Part shown: piece by piece, positions 1-12,529 of the stretch | How positions within the stretch are numbered: the stretch's first letter is position 1 | How the letters are laid out: every line of letters begins with the position of its first letter | NCBI RefSeq assembly: GCF_001194135.2 | Contig: NC_068984.1 | Coordinates: 48,393,606-48,445,902 of the forward strand | Source of the DNA: Octopus bimaculoides | Lineage: Eukaryota | Direction: 5' to 3' | Length of the DNA: 52,297 bases | Position numbers and translations under genes: made by a program | Notes under the pieces: generated by a model | The model's input: only the letters and a program-made list of their open reading frames with translations | The model's database searches: none | What the model was told of the DNA's origin: nothing

Positions 1-58
1 CACACATATATATATATATATCGTGGAGTGAATACGTGTGGGAGAACATTTGCAAGTA

Positions 59-1341
59 TTGTGTAATCCCACAAATAATGTAGGTTTTTTTATACTTCTT
101 TTATTTCTCAAAATTAAGATAAACAAAGCTCATTTTAAGACTAAAATATACTCTCTTTCACTTTTTACAATGCTTTTCCATCTATCTGTTTGACGTGCCA
201 GGCCTCTCTTCCAATAGTCACTTGTTCGCGACGAAAAATAATCCTCCAGCACTGTTCTGACCACGTCTGCAGAATTAATATTTTTTCTGTCCAAATGGTT
301 TTGAATACTGCAGAATAAATATTAATCAGATGGGGCAAGAACCAGCGAATTTGGTGGATAGGGCATCGTTTCCATTCAGCCTTTGGCATGTCATCCTCAC
401 TGATTGTGGCCGAGCATTATCCTGATTGAAGAACACCTTTCGTCTTCAAACCAAAGATGGTCGTTTTTCCTCTAGCTCTGACTAAAGCCTCATAAGCTGC
501 TCGCAGTGAATTTGCTTTGTTATCGTTTGGTTTAGTTTTAAATGTTTAAAGTGGCCAAAATTTTCATATTCCACCAAACATATAACAACATTTTACGCGG
601 CTGAAGATCTTCTTTAGCCTGGGAAACCGCTCTTTCTCCTTTCCCTACCCACTGTCTTCGGCGCTTCACATTTTCATAGAGAGTCCATTTCTCTTCACCA
701 GTCACTATTCTGTCCCAAAAAAGGTTCATTCGTGAGATATGCCAGCAAAGAAGAACATACATTCGCTCTTTGCGCGTTATTATACCTGGAAAGTTTGTAA
801 GGAACCCATTGACCAAATTTGCTAACTTTTCCGATGGCACGCAGGTGTCGATGAATGAACGGTTGAATTACCAAATCCAAGCTTCTCTGCTAGATCTTCA
901 ACAGTAGCGATGGGATTTTTTTTACACCACGTTTTGCAGGACGTCCTCGTCGAGCTCTACAGGTCTTCCAGGACAAGGTTCATCTTGTAGGCTGTAGTTT
1001 CCGATTCGGAATTTATCGAACCGCCGCTGACACTGGCTTACGCTTCTTGTCCGATCCTTATATACTGCATTAATCTTCCTCGCACTTTCTGTTGTGTTGT
1101 TGCTTTTATTGTACTCATATAGCAAAATATGCCGAATACGCTCCTTTGTCAATTCCATTATTGCTTTGTAAAAATATCTGTTAAAATCGAAATGCGCCCT
1201 TCAAAACTAGGTCTTAAAACAAGTACGAAGTAAAATTACTAACTGCTTTTATAGCAAGTTGACGCAGGTAGTTTATCCCGTCTCCTTCCGACTTTTAGTA
1301 CATGCAATTGAAAAAACCGCATTATACATGGGATGACCCAA
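59..1341 (-). mobile_element. Full-length, decayed mariner (DD34D) DNA transposon
   Basis: Imperfect TIRs TTGTGTAATCCCACAAATAATGTAGGTTTTTT (59-~91) and AAAAAACCGCATTATACATGGGATGACCCAA (~1311-1341), with TA on both sides. Minus-strand remnants: N-terminal HTH MELTKERIRHILLYEY...GRP (ATG at 1158), IVTGEEKW..Y.NVKRRRQW, QDNARP, PYPPNSLVLAPSD*YLF. Frameshifts and stops present. Confidence 0.93.
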
Positions 1342-1620
1342 TACTGGGGAGGTAGATTGTATTAATTCTTATAATAGAGTAGATGCCATTAGAATTTTAT
1401 AACTTTAATTTAGAAATTAATATTAAATTCATCAAATATAATTCCTCAGATGAATTCTGATTAATTTTAAATCTAAGGAACAGAACGGAGAATGCATCTT
1501 CTATGAATTTTCCTCCTTTCTCTTGGGGAAATGTGCTGAGCCACTCTATATCACTGTATATTTGTCTTGAACAATTTTCTGACATCCACTTTTCCAAGCT
1601 AGCATGTGTTGAATGAGCGA

Positions 1621-1845
1621 GGTGGAAGGCATATGAGTTAGCGATTAGTTTTCAGGCTCATTGTCACAATGATCTAAGTTCGATTCCTTTCCCGAATGGC
1701 GCATTTTGTCCTTTACACATACAAACCATTTCATGATGCCTCAGCCCACGCAGCTGCAACGATTATGAGCCGAGTACTTGTGCAGCCTTCTATACCTCCA
1801 ACTATCACATCTTGCATTCACTCGGCCAGCAAAAATGGCATATAC
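1621..1845 (+). mobile_element. Degenerate tRNA-derived SINE
   Basis: A-box-like GAGTTAGCGATTAG, B-box AGTTCGATTCC (1677-1687), then TTCACTCGGCCAGCAAAAATG, resembling the TTCACTCACCTGTAGAAAT segment of the SINE at 45575. Confidence 0.5.
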
Positions 1846-1899
1846 AACCAAGATATTGACACGATTTATTACCTCAAATTGAACAGGCGCTGGTGATGC

Positions 1900-2035
1900 T
1901 ATAGATGCTGGTAGTGGTGGTAATTTTGGTGGTGTGGTGGTGTTCTTGCTTTTGATAGTGCGTTGGAGGTTGATGGTGATAGCGATAGTGAGGAGGATAT
2001 GATGATAATGACGACGACTACGACCACGACGATGT

Positions 2036-2069
<34 letters not shown>

Positions 2070-2135
2070 GGTGGTGGTGGTGGTGGTGGTCATGATGATG
2101 AGGAAGATGATGATGATGAAGACGATGATGACGAT
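1900..2135. repeat. Compound (GGT)n/(GAT)n/(GAC)n trinucleotide microsatellite
   Basis: Visible directly; explains the poly-T/poly-I/poly-V/poly-M ORFs. Confidence 0.9.
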
Positions 2136-2825
2136 TTCAATATTCTGGTAAAAGGAATATGAAAAAGTAGTGGTTAATCTTTTAGAGTTCGGAACTTCAG
2201 AAATGGCTACTAATGAGACATGTAGTAACTTAAAACCGATACACACATATTTAAAACAATGAAACACAAAAGCCTAGGATTTGTGAACACTTTAAAGAAA
2301 CAGTCGTCTTCTCAATTAAAATTGTATTATTGTTAAACGTGTTCCTGCAAACTAAGTCCTCACAACACGCAAATCATACGTTTTGTTTGTTTATGATGAG
2401 TAAACCTTTTTAATTCAAACATCGGCCAAGTATACAAGATATCATTACATGTTTTTTCTCATTCTGGCTATAAGTATTGTACTTTGTTACCATGTTATCT
2501 GATATTTTCTTTTTATGTGGTAAGGTTTCTTACATACGGAGACACATGTTCGTGTATTTACTCAACATATGTGACCTTGCTGCTCCTGCATAATTCCGTC
2601 ATTAGGCTTGAATTTTGAAAATCAAAATTTTACGAAAACAGCCATAAACATCTCTTTATTTCTTTTGGAGATCTGCACTTATACTTCATATATATATATA
2701 TATATATATATAGATAGATATAGATATATATATATACATATATATAAATATATATATATATATGTATATACATATATATACACTCGCACACTGACACACA
2801 TACACACTCACACACACACACACAT

Positions 2826-2872
<47 letters not shown>

Positions 2873-3752
2873 NNNNNNNNNNATAACACAGATCTATTGC
2901 TTTCGAGACCAGTAAATCTTTTCACTGCGACAAGCAGAATAAAACTTCTGTCTATCTCGTCACAATTCTTCTCTTATTTCAAACCTCTGGGATTTACGTT
3001 TAACCGCTATTTCGGTAACGTGTCAACTAAACACTCTTCAACCCACAATTTTATCAGTTTTGATATATTTTTGAATGCTTGGTTATGCTTTTATGTCACT
3101 TCTGTAGATAAATTACTTTCTTGTTGACCATTAATTCTTCATATACTCCAGCATAGGTCACATTATATTCCTCTTCGCGATAACCTTTCACAGTAAAGAT
3201 ATCACACGCACACATACAAACACACACAGTCACAGACACATACATGCACACACGCACACACATATATGGATACATATACATGTTTGCGTGGGTGTGTTTC
3301 TACGTGTGTGCGCGAGGCGAGTGTGTGCGCTTGTGTACGTGTGTGCGTGTGTACGTGTGTGTGTGCGTGTGCGTGTGCGTGTGTATGTGTGTGTGGGGGG
3401 CATAACATTCCATAAGCCAGGGAAACTATCCACTCGTATATCTGTCATTTGAGTGGGTATATTATCTGAAATGTACACTACTATATATATATATATATAA
3501 TATATTGAATGCCACGCATCTATTTCCAAGTAAACTTGTCTTAACGTTTTTGATGCGACTCTACTCTATACTGTTTTCTTCCCCTATCCTTCTCTAATTC
3601 CTTTTTCTTCCCTTTACCGTTTCCTCTCTCTCTCCCTCTCTCTAAGTAGGGTCCAGTGCAAGTTATGTATTGCCGACCGCACGAGGATCCTGATAGACTC
3701 CCTCGTGCTAGGAAGCATCCTGAACTCCGAGACGGAGATTTTCGGACCATAC

Positions 3753-3819
3753 CTGCATTTTAGAAACTTCCTTTTGAAATCCGCAGGGCGGCACCACAGC
3801 CGGAAGCCAATAGCCATTG
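3753..3819 (-). other. Candidate exon in a CpG-rich island (possible first coding exon MAIGFRLWCRPADFKRKFLKC)
   Basis: Acceptor TCTCCCTTCAG, ATG in GCAATGG context at 3817, donor CAG|GTATGG at 3752; alternative donor ACG|GTAAAG at 3617. Protein family not recognised. Confidence 0.3.
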
Positions 3820-4841
3820 CTGAAGGGAGACGATCGTTTACCTCCGTGGTACTTCAGTGACCGCAAGGTGGCAAACTCGTGTGTGTGTGTCTGTGTGACT
3901 GAGTGCAGACGTGTGTGCGCGCCCGTGTACAGATGTGCACGTTCGCATCAATACACACATCTACTCAGAACCATCTGAGCGTGTCTGCACACCAACATAT
4001 GAAACTATATTCTTTGGACATTCCGCCCCTTCCTACTCCCACCCAACAACCTGACCGATTTCCTATCCACCACGTGGTCTATTATCTGTTTCCTGTCCTC
4101 CACGTAGTCAATTTTCTGTTCCAACTAACTGTTACCCATATGCCAACATCAAACCACGACACCGTGGTTGACAGGTATCCTTATATGCTAAAAGGGCCGT
4201 TAAAATCCCCCCCCCCAAAAAAAAAAGAATTCATGAGGTACGACGTAATGACGCAAGAACGAACCGAAAAATGAATTAGTTTATCCCGAACTCGAGTTTC
4301 ACTATTAATTGCCAAATAAACTAATTTGGAATCTGTAGGTCGTCAGCGGGAATGTTAATTAATGAATAATTATGTAGCTGCAAATACGTAGCAAACATGC
4401 TACCATCAATATTTTATTACCAGTAGTTGGGATACATAAATAAAGTCATAGGATATAACATATTTTTAAAAAAAAACATAAGAATGTATAAAATATTTTA
4501 TACACATGAGACTAGCTAATTAATTTTTTTTTTCGTTTTAGTCTTATAACACCGTGCCTCAGGAATTTCTGTGAGAAAATCTAGAAAGACATTTTGGGAG
4601 TATATACTCTGTTCGGCAAAGGTTCCACAGTGTCTTTCCTTTCGTTCGCTCCGCTCTTGAACGATGTATATCCAATTCACTGTGACTGTAATGGGAAATA
4701 CCATGTATGCACGAACATGTTTAATCTAAATGTGCCGAACACATCGGAAATCGAGGTACATTGCAATAAATCACAGGAGTATGAGAAATTAAATGTGCCT
4801 CTCTAATTTCACATCTGAAGAGAAATATATATACTGCTTAC

Positions 4842-5090
4842 CAGATTTCTTTGGAACTATTGCTTCGCTTGAGTAGCTGGAGTAGGAGTGACTTTCTTGG
4901 AAACTACAACTGGGACGAGATTATGTTTACGGGGACCCCAAAAACAGACGGAAAGGTCTCATATGTATATATGCAAAAGAGACAGACATAGTAACCGTCT
5001 ACACTGGCTTGATAGTGCACAATCAGCTGATTTTTTCTATCTTCTCTGCAGAAATCTAATTAGATCAGTGTGTTCAAAATTTGGTTTCAT
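4842..5090 (-). other. Exon-like segment with no open frame (UTR/lncRNA candidate)
   Basis: Acceptor CCTGTCCTTTTCAG and donor CTG|GTAAGC; all three minus frames contain stops. Confidence 0.3.
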
Positions 5091-5529
5091 CTGAAAAGGA
5101 CAGGCAGAATCAAATCTTGGTGAAATAGCGCTGTTAATAAGAAATTAATTTAAGAAACGAAGACGTATAAGTGCGTATCCGTTGGACGCTATGTTAGGGA
5201 TTTTTAGTTCTTCATCTGGGTAAAATTGCTCTTAGGCTAGCAGATTATTGTTAGGAAAGATTTTGTTAAGATTGATTAGTTTCCTATCTACGGTATGTTA
5301 TTAATACTTATCCTCAATAAAACACCAACTGCACATGAGCCAACGAGGATTCCACTAGAATGGTTGTCCTTTGTCATTCTAGAAATATATGCTAAAATCT
5401 ACTACCTGCAAAAAAACTTGTCCTTTTTTATGACTACTATTGCGCACTTATCTATTCCAAATTTCATATCTATATCTTGACTGAAGAGTCTTAGAATTTG
5501 TATTAAATAACACTGTGCTTGCCCACCTT

Positions 5530-6720
5530 TAGAATGTAGGAAAATAGCTCAATGCTCCAATCTCGTGAAGGTTGTAAATACTTGGATAGTACCGTTACAT
5601 AGAGATTGAGCAGCTTTTGTAGACTGGACAAAATCTGTATCAGCAAATCTAGACAGAAGAACTAGGAAAAAATTCAATATAAATGAAACATTTCATCCTA
5701 GAACAGGAGTAGCAAAGATATATTTACACTGAAAGGAAGGTGGTTGATGGTTAATATCGGTAGAAGACTGGAGTTAGCTAGAGTAGATATAGCCTTCTAT
5801 GTAGGTAACAGAGAGGAAATTTTTTATGAAGAGCTGCTGACGTAACAATAGGAGATAGAGAAACCAAAAGGCCTAATGTAGTTAAAACCAGGAAAAAGTA
5901 TCAAGATTATCTGAGTGACAAGAGAAAGATCTGTATGGTAGATTTTCAAACATAGTTGAAGAAAATAGTAATAGTGAGACCTGATTGTGGTTGAAGGAAG
6001 GAATGGGTGGGAGAAAGTAGACAGAAAGTCTGTTAGCAGCAGCTCAAGATTAGACATTAAGAATTAACTTTACAAAGGGTAAGACAGACAAAAATCAAAT
6101 AGATTCCCAATGTAGGTAATGTAAAGCAAAGGAAGAAAGTGTTACGCATACAGTTAGTGAATGTAATATGCTAGCACTGATGGAATACCAGAAGAGAAGG
6201 AAAACAAGAAGAGACATTGCTTAGTAAGTATAATCCACTGGGAGATATGTAGAATGCTCGGATTTGAACATACTGATAAGTGGTATGAACACGAGCATAG
6301 TAATGTGTACGTAATATGAAAATACGTATGGATTTTAACATTCAGACTAACAGAATAATAGAAGCTGGAAGGCCTGATTTAGAACAAATAAACAAAAAAG
6401 AATAGAAAGTAGCAGGTATTTAACTTTGCAATCTCAAATGATAACAAATTCTATATGAGATGTACAGCGAAAAAAAAAGTGCAATACCAGTACCTAGCCA
6501 TTGAGTTACAGAGGCTATGGAAAGTGCGGGTAAAATGTATCCTTGTCGTTATAGGTACATTAGGAACTGTTCCTTAAGATTTTAACACATTGATCGAAGA
6601 AATAGTCATAAAACGTCGTTTTGTGTAGCTCCAGTAAACATTATTATTAGGCATAGGTAGGATACTTTGGAAGGTTCTTGGCATTAAAGGTTATTTTTGT
6701 AGCGCGATGCTAGGAGTTTT
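5530..6720 (+). mobile_element. Highly decayed R4/Dong-clade LINE 3' part (post-RT region and RLE endonuclease)
   Basis: Remnants LDRRTRKKFNINETFHPRTGVAKIYLH*KEGG, DFNIQTNRIIEAGRPDL and VKCILVVIGTLGTVP...LLGIGRILWKVLG; the first resembles the RTLLTMHRMHQPKADIERFYLLRKEGG segment of the 50953 ORF. Confidence 0.8.
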
Positions 6721-7640
6721 CGTATAATCCTGCTTGATCAGAGTTGCTTAGAGCTAAACAACGTCACCACCAACTGCAAGAATTCGTGCATTTGTGAATG
6801 GATTGGATTTAAGGAACAAGTTATAAATCAAACAGTTTAATGAAAAAGCAAATACATGCAAGACGTTGCTGAATCTTAAATGACATGAAGATCACTTTTA
6901 AGGAGCATAAATGTATGTTGATTGAAGACAACAATAAAACAAAAATAATAACAAGCAAATAACTTGGTATGAATAACATTTACAAAATTGTAAATCATGC
7001 ACGAAATGAAACCATATATTCGAATTAAAGTTTTCAATTTCACTTAGCTATGAAATATTCTCTTATAACAGTTGCCTGGAAATATAGAAATATATTCCTC
7101 AAGTGTCATATATTCCTTCAGGATTGCATATATTGTATGTCTTGTATCTGCGAATATCGCAATGAATGCTATGAAACTCAAAAGGTTTCATTACTTCAGA
7201 ATGTTGAATTCAAAACCTTATCAATCCTTCTATGTATTCCATGTTCCTAAGAGATCTTGATACTAACATTATTACAAAGGGTTAAATATGGAAACGCACA
7301 TATCAGAACAGGTAAACTTTAAAGCACTGGTTCGTAATGAGAACATACAGCTTTGATATATACTGCATGTTACGCAAATGTATGCCTAAAATATTCTACA
7401 CTACACTGGAGCATGTTGCATCTCTCCGGGTTGTTGTTGAGGTATATAACGCATCAAACACACCATACATTTTTTAAGATTTTATGGTATGATATATTTC
7501 ATACACCTTAAAGCAGTGAGCTAAGAAATTAATCAAGCATTACACACGTGCTCGCGCGCATGCACACACACACACACACTCACTACTCACATACATGCAC
7601 ACAAAGAAACAAGGAGAGAAAATAAAGAATGTGTAGTAAT

Positions 7641-7687
<47 letters not shown>

Positions 7688-7753
7688 NNNNNNNNNNNNN
7701 NNNNNNNNNNNNNNNNNNNNNNNNNNNNNNNNNNNNNNNNNNNNNNNNNNNNN

Positions 7754-7794
<41 letters not shown>

Positions 7795-8067
7795 CAATTA
7801 ATTGATTTCTTAACTCACAGTTTCAAGCCACATCAAATTTAATCGGTATCTAAAATAAGCTTAAACTTTTGTGAATTTTTGATAGGTTATATATACTCGT
7901 AGAGCTACACACTGCTCCGTTATAAGATACAAACACACACACACACACACAAACACGGGTAGGTGCGCACTCGCGTGTGTGTGTGTGTGTGCGCGCGCGT
8001 AGGAGTGTATATATACATACAGACATTATATTATACATACAGACACGATATTATACATATCCACCAA

Positions 8068-8264
8068 GGTTGCAAGCTGGTAGAATCGTTAGCTCGCTAG
8101 ACAAAATGCTTAGCTGAATTTCATTTGTCTGTATGGCCTGAAATCAAAATCTACGGAAGTCGGTTTTCTCGTTCATCTTTTGAGGGGGTACTGGCTTCGA
8201 TGTAATCGACTAGCCCGTTTCCCAAACATTTCAGACTTTGTACCTATAGTAGAAAAAAGCATTA
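8068..8264 (+). mobile_element. tRNA-derived SINE, family A
   Basis: GCAAGCTGGTAGAATCGTTAGC head, GATGTAATCGACT core and TACCTATAGTAGAAA tail; same family as 23198 and 9971. Confidence 0.8.
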
Positions 8265-8317
8265 TATATATCTCTCTCCCCTTTACTGCAAAATAAATGA
8301 ATGTATTATTATCTCTC

Positions 8318-8476
8318 CTAGCAACCGTTGTAGTGGTGTGTTTACGTCCCCGTTTACCCTGCAGTTCGACAAAAGACACCGATATAATAAGCACTGGGGA
8401 CGATTCATTCGAAGAAAATTCTTCAGGGTGGTGCTACACCACAGCCCCAGTCTAATGAATGAAACAAATAAAAAAA
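8318..8476 (+). mobile_element. SINE family B, 3' half
   Basis: GTGTTTACGTCCCCG...GCAGTTCGACAAAAGACACCGAT...CAGTCTAATGAATGAAACAA, shared with 15145, 15595, 35120 and 36150. Confidence 0.75.
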
Positions 8477-8514
8477 TAACAGAATAACAGAATCGTCTCA
8501 GACTTTACACTTAC

Positions 8515-8686
8515 TCCAAAGCCATGTCCTTCTCCCGAGAACATTGGCTGTATGCAACCTCCACCATGCTTATCTCTATAATGTAGGCATCGAATTACAA
8601 CGGTTTGAGTAGAATATTAACTGCCACAGTTTTGCCTGAGCCCGGTTTTGAAGGGTACATGAATGCCATAATCACTGGTCTTTCAC
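8515..8686 (-). other. Exon-like segment (one in-frame TAA)
   Basis: Acceptor TTTTTTTTTCGTGGGTCTAG and donor GGA|GTAAGT; best frame ERPVIMAFMYPSKPGSGKTVAVNILLKPL*FDAYIIEISM. Confidence 0.3.
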
Positions 8687-9287
8687 CTAGACCCACGAAA
8701 AAAAAAAAGAATATTTATAATAAAATTTCTGTATAGTAGTTAATGTTTCATTGTATAATATACATCACAATTATCTCCTGCTGCAAAAGATATATGCAGA
8801 TAAAATAATTCTTGGACAGAATACTAAGTACCTCCTTCAGATTGTTGTCTCTTAATGCAATGAAAAGGCTTAAGCAGAGCTAATCTCTATTCAACAATAC
8901 TGAAATTCTTTACTGTTCAAAATTCGAAGATATATAGTATATATATATAACTAATTTTCCTATATTCCCGCCTCTTTCTTAATAGATGTATTGCATTAAA
9001 CATCTCTGCTTAGTTTTCATCATTCTTTCCTCTTCATTCCCTTGTTTTGCTTCTTTTCCGCTGACACTACAGTGCTGAATCAGTCTTTCGCTTAATCATC
9101 TATTGCCCTACATTCAATACTTACCCATTTAGGATCAGTCTCTTCTCCCTCTTTATATATCCATATTCATTATTCTTTTTCACTGTCCTTACATTTCCCC
9201 ATTTCTCCCTGTTATCATTTCAGATCTACGATAAGCTGTAGCTCCGCTCCCGCTACTCACTCATTGTTCCATATTTTCTCTTTCCTT

Positions 9288-9329
<42 letters not shown>

Positions 9330-9970
9330 CATTCCTTCTCCAGCCATATGCTTATTCTGTCATATCTCACGCTTGTACTTTTAATATTTCTCTGTCTATC
9401 TATCTATCTATCTATCTTTCTATCTATCTATCAAACTGGAAATTCGCTACGCCGCTTTCACTGCATTCGCTCCTCTTTCCCTTCCTCCCCACTTTCACAC
9501 TTAATCCCACTTTGATGATACTCTGTTCCCTATTATCCTTCTTTCTCACCCACTCTTATTATATTTGTATTTCTCACCTCTGCTTCCCCATCGACATGTC
9601 TATTATTCAGTGTCTGCTCTTAATACTTTACCGTTATTCTAATCAGTTAATTTTCTCTTGCTACAGCTATCTTTTACACTAGTACCTTCTTGTATGCCTT
9701 CCCACTTGCCCATTCTCTCGCTTCCTTTATTTTCTCACGTTTTGTCTTACACAATATTTCTATATCCTATTCCTTCAGTTTCCTTATTTCTCGTTCCTAA
9801 CTCAGTATTAATATTTCCATATCTGCTCTGCTTTAACTTCGATATTCAACGTTCACACTTGCAAATTATGTGCAGCTTTAATTTATCCTGTAATTTCATT
9901 TCTAATTTAAGTCACATTTTTCAAGTTTGACATTAATTTAGAACCTTTCATTAATTAATAGCGTTTCGAT

Positions 9971-10165
9971 TAATAACGAAATTCGGCACAACGTCAGTAA
10001 GTTCGGGGTGAGGGTAAGTCGATTACATCGACACCAGTGCTCAACTGGTACTTTTTTTGTTATCGTCATCGAAAGTATGAAAGGCAAATACGACCTCGGC
10101 GGAATTTGAACTCAGAACATAAAGGCGGATGAAATGCCGCTAACTATTTTGCCCGTCGTAACGTT
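9971..10165 (-). mobile_element. SINE family A
   Basis: Reverse complement of family A: GTCGATTACATCGACACCAGTGCTCAACTGGTAC...GACCTCGGCGGAATTTGAACTCAGAAC. Confidence 0.85.
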
Positions 10166-10169
10166 TTCA

Positions 10170-10259
10170 TTAATAATCCTTTCTACTATAGGCACGAAGC
10201 CTGACATTCTGGTGCGAGGGGGACAATCAACCACATCGACACCAGTACATGACTGATAC
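10170..10259 (-). mobile_element. SINE family A, 3' fragment
   Basis: TAATAATCCTTTCTACTATAGGCAC...CATCGACACCAGTAC; directly abuts the PLE fragment. Confidence 0.8.
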
Positions 10260-10620
10260 GCTGGGAGGGCTGTATGTTTACATTGGGCAGACTGCTGATT
10301 CATTTAAGAATCGTTATCGTAACTATGTCTCCAACTTTAAGACAACCAATAAGAGACATTCAACATCTTGGGGAGAATTTGTATGGCGACTGAAGGAGGC
10401 TAAAATGAGGTACAGCCTAGCTCGGTCCATAGTAAGGCACGCAAAACCATACTAATTTCCAGAGAATGCCGTCTCTGCTCCGAGGAATCCCTGTCTATTT
10501 TGTGGACTAACGAGAATATTATTACTAGAATTTCTGAAAATCCCTCGAGATGCCGACAGGCATTTAAATGCACCTTCGCACAATGCAGTGAATTTTGAGT
10601 AACCGTTAACATAATTCAAT
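10260..10620 (+). mobile_element. Penelope-like element fragment, GIY-YIG endonuclease C-terminal part
   Basis: YIGQTADSFKNRYRNY...TNKRHSTSWGEFVWRLKE...SIVRHAKPY, then after a frameshift ECRLCSEE...SRCR; typical PLE endonuclease motifs. Confidence 0.85.
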
Positions 10621-12529
10621 TTATTTTAAGGTATGGATGACTTAAGTTTACTTTTAACTTCTCCATTTTTGCAAGCACGTAGTAGTTAGTTAACTCTTTT
10701 TATGATCATGAGTGCTCAAACCTCACGTATGCGTATGCTCACATTTTGGTGAATGCTTGTATGAGCGAGTGTACTCGCATGATGCAGCTTGCCCGAGGGT
10801 GTTTATATATTTGGCATATGCATCTTAGCCTTGTGCATTTGTGTAACTACAGTTTATCACATTACGTAGTAACGTTGGTGAAGAATTTTCTTTATCGCAA
10901 ATCCGTTTCGTCAGAGACATAAAGGATCCAAATGATTTTAACTTGTACATCAGAGTGATGTATTTCTCTTAAGATATTAGCAGCATGCGTTGATTTTTAG
11001 ACATGGCAAATATTTGAGAGTACCTGCAGCAGCTAATACTGATGTTTCTGAACGTAACATGCTTCAGGTGCAAATACTACAATGCCTTACAGCCATTACA
11101 TATTAAGTAACGATGTTTCACATTATCGAATACTTTCGCCTACTGTTTTGACCATTGTTCTAAAGAGCCATACTGTTACACTTTCTCGGAGAAATTACAG
11201 CTCTATCAACTTTCAGGAAATGTTTGGCAATCTTACCAGTCTAAGTAGATCATTGGAAGATAATCCATTCACCCAAAGGAAAAGATAATCTGTTCACCAA
11301 AGGAACAAACCAATTCTATCGTATTTTTTCCATGGATTCCTGGCAGGTCCAAACTAGAATAATTTAAAAATACGCCTGCTATTCTTCTCCTACAGACCCT
11401 ATTACTAAGCAAGTCCTGCAATATCCTACACAGAATTCTTCTCAATTATTTCATATCTATTTAAAAAAAATATTTTTGCCACTTCTTGAATTCAAACAAT
11501 AAGTTACTCATTCCTGCACAAATTCAAATGACGCTTCAACTTGTGCTGCATAGCTCTGAGGAGCGGGGGTGTATATATATATATATATATATATATNNNN
11601 NNNNNNNNNNNNNNNNNNNNNNNNNNNNNNNNNNNNNNNNNNTATATATATACAAACATACGAATGTGTTTGTAATATTCCGTGTCTCACTGAGCGTAAT
11701 TTGTCTTTCGTCGCATATATTAGTCAAGGGGTTTTCCAATATTTGAATATATGACATTCTTACGTGCACGCCGACTTGAAGTAGTTTTATGAAGAATTTT
11801 ATTTTAATGGTTTCTATACCAACTAATATCCTAGTTACGATATTTTACAAATTATTTTATGATTAAATAAAATTCGAGTATGCACAATAAAATATGCTCA
11901 ATAAGATATTCAAATTAAATAAAATTTTTTCATCGTTACTTCATCCTATTTCTCATTTAATATGCATGGAGTAGCAAGTAGTTTACAAAATCATATTTGA
12001 GAAAGCACTTAATATATTGAGTGCATTACTCTATATCAGTGAATTAGATGGAGAACTGCTGCATACATGAAGAAAATCATTTCGCTCCTTTTCTAGAACT
12101 ATTTGAGGCCCGTGTTTTAATATTGCTGCCAATAAGGCTCTATTAAAACGAAACCTGTATTATTTTTTGCTACATATAGTTTAATGGAACGTCCGTTATA
12201 CATGCACACACACACACACTCACACACATATGTGTATGTAATTGTTTGTATGTATATATATATTAATATATATACATACATAAGCACGCACGCGCTCATG
12301 CATACACACACATACATGTTTTTTAGCCGTCACACGCAAGTGAATATGATATGAAATGCGAGCGTATACCACGCAAAAGTAGTTACGAACTAGATGAGAC
12401 ACACTCTTCTCCATACTATATGAACTAGCAATAGGCTGGACTCGTTGGCCACTGAAAAGCATAGAGAGCATAAAATAAACTGTGTTGCGCAAAGGCAAAA
12501 TTAGCCCGATTATCCATGAGTCCTATTCC

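Noticed and set aside
8620-8650. GSGKT P-loop look-alike on the minus strand
   Set aside because: In-frame TAA ten codons later, no Walker B, and atypical preceding residues.
8524-8760. Plus frame MSFSREHW... interrupted by one TAG (A-to-I stop read-through idea)
   Set aside because: No homology or dsRNA partner seen; near-open frames of this length arise by chance.
10870-10920. Possible hammerhead remnant after the first PLE fragment
   Set aside because: C3 and G12 missing and stem II unpaired.
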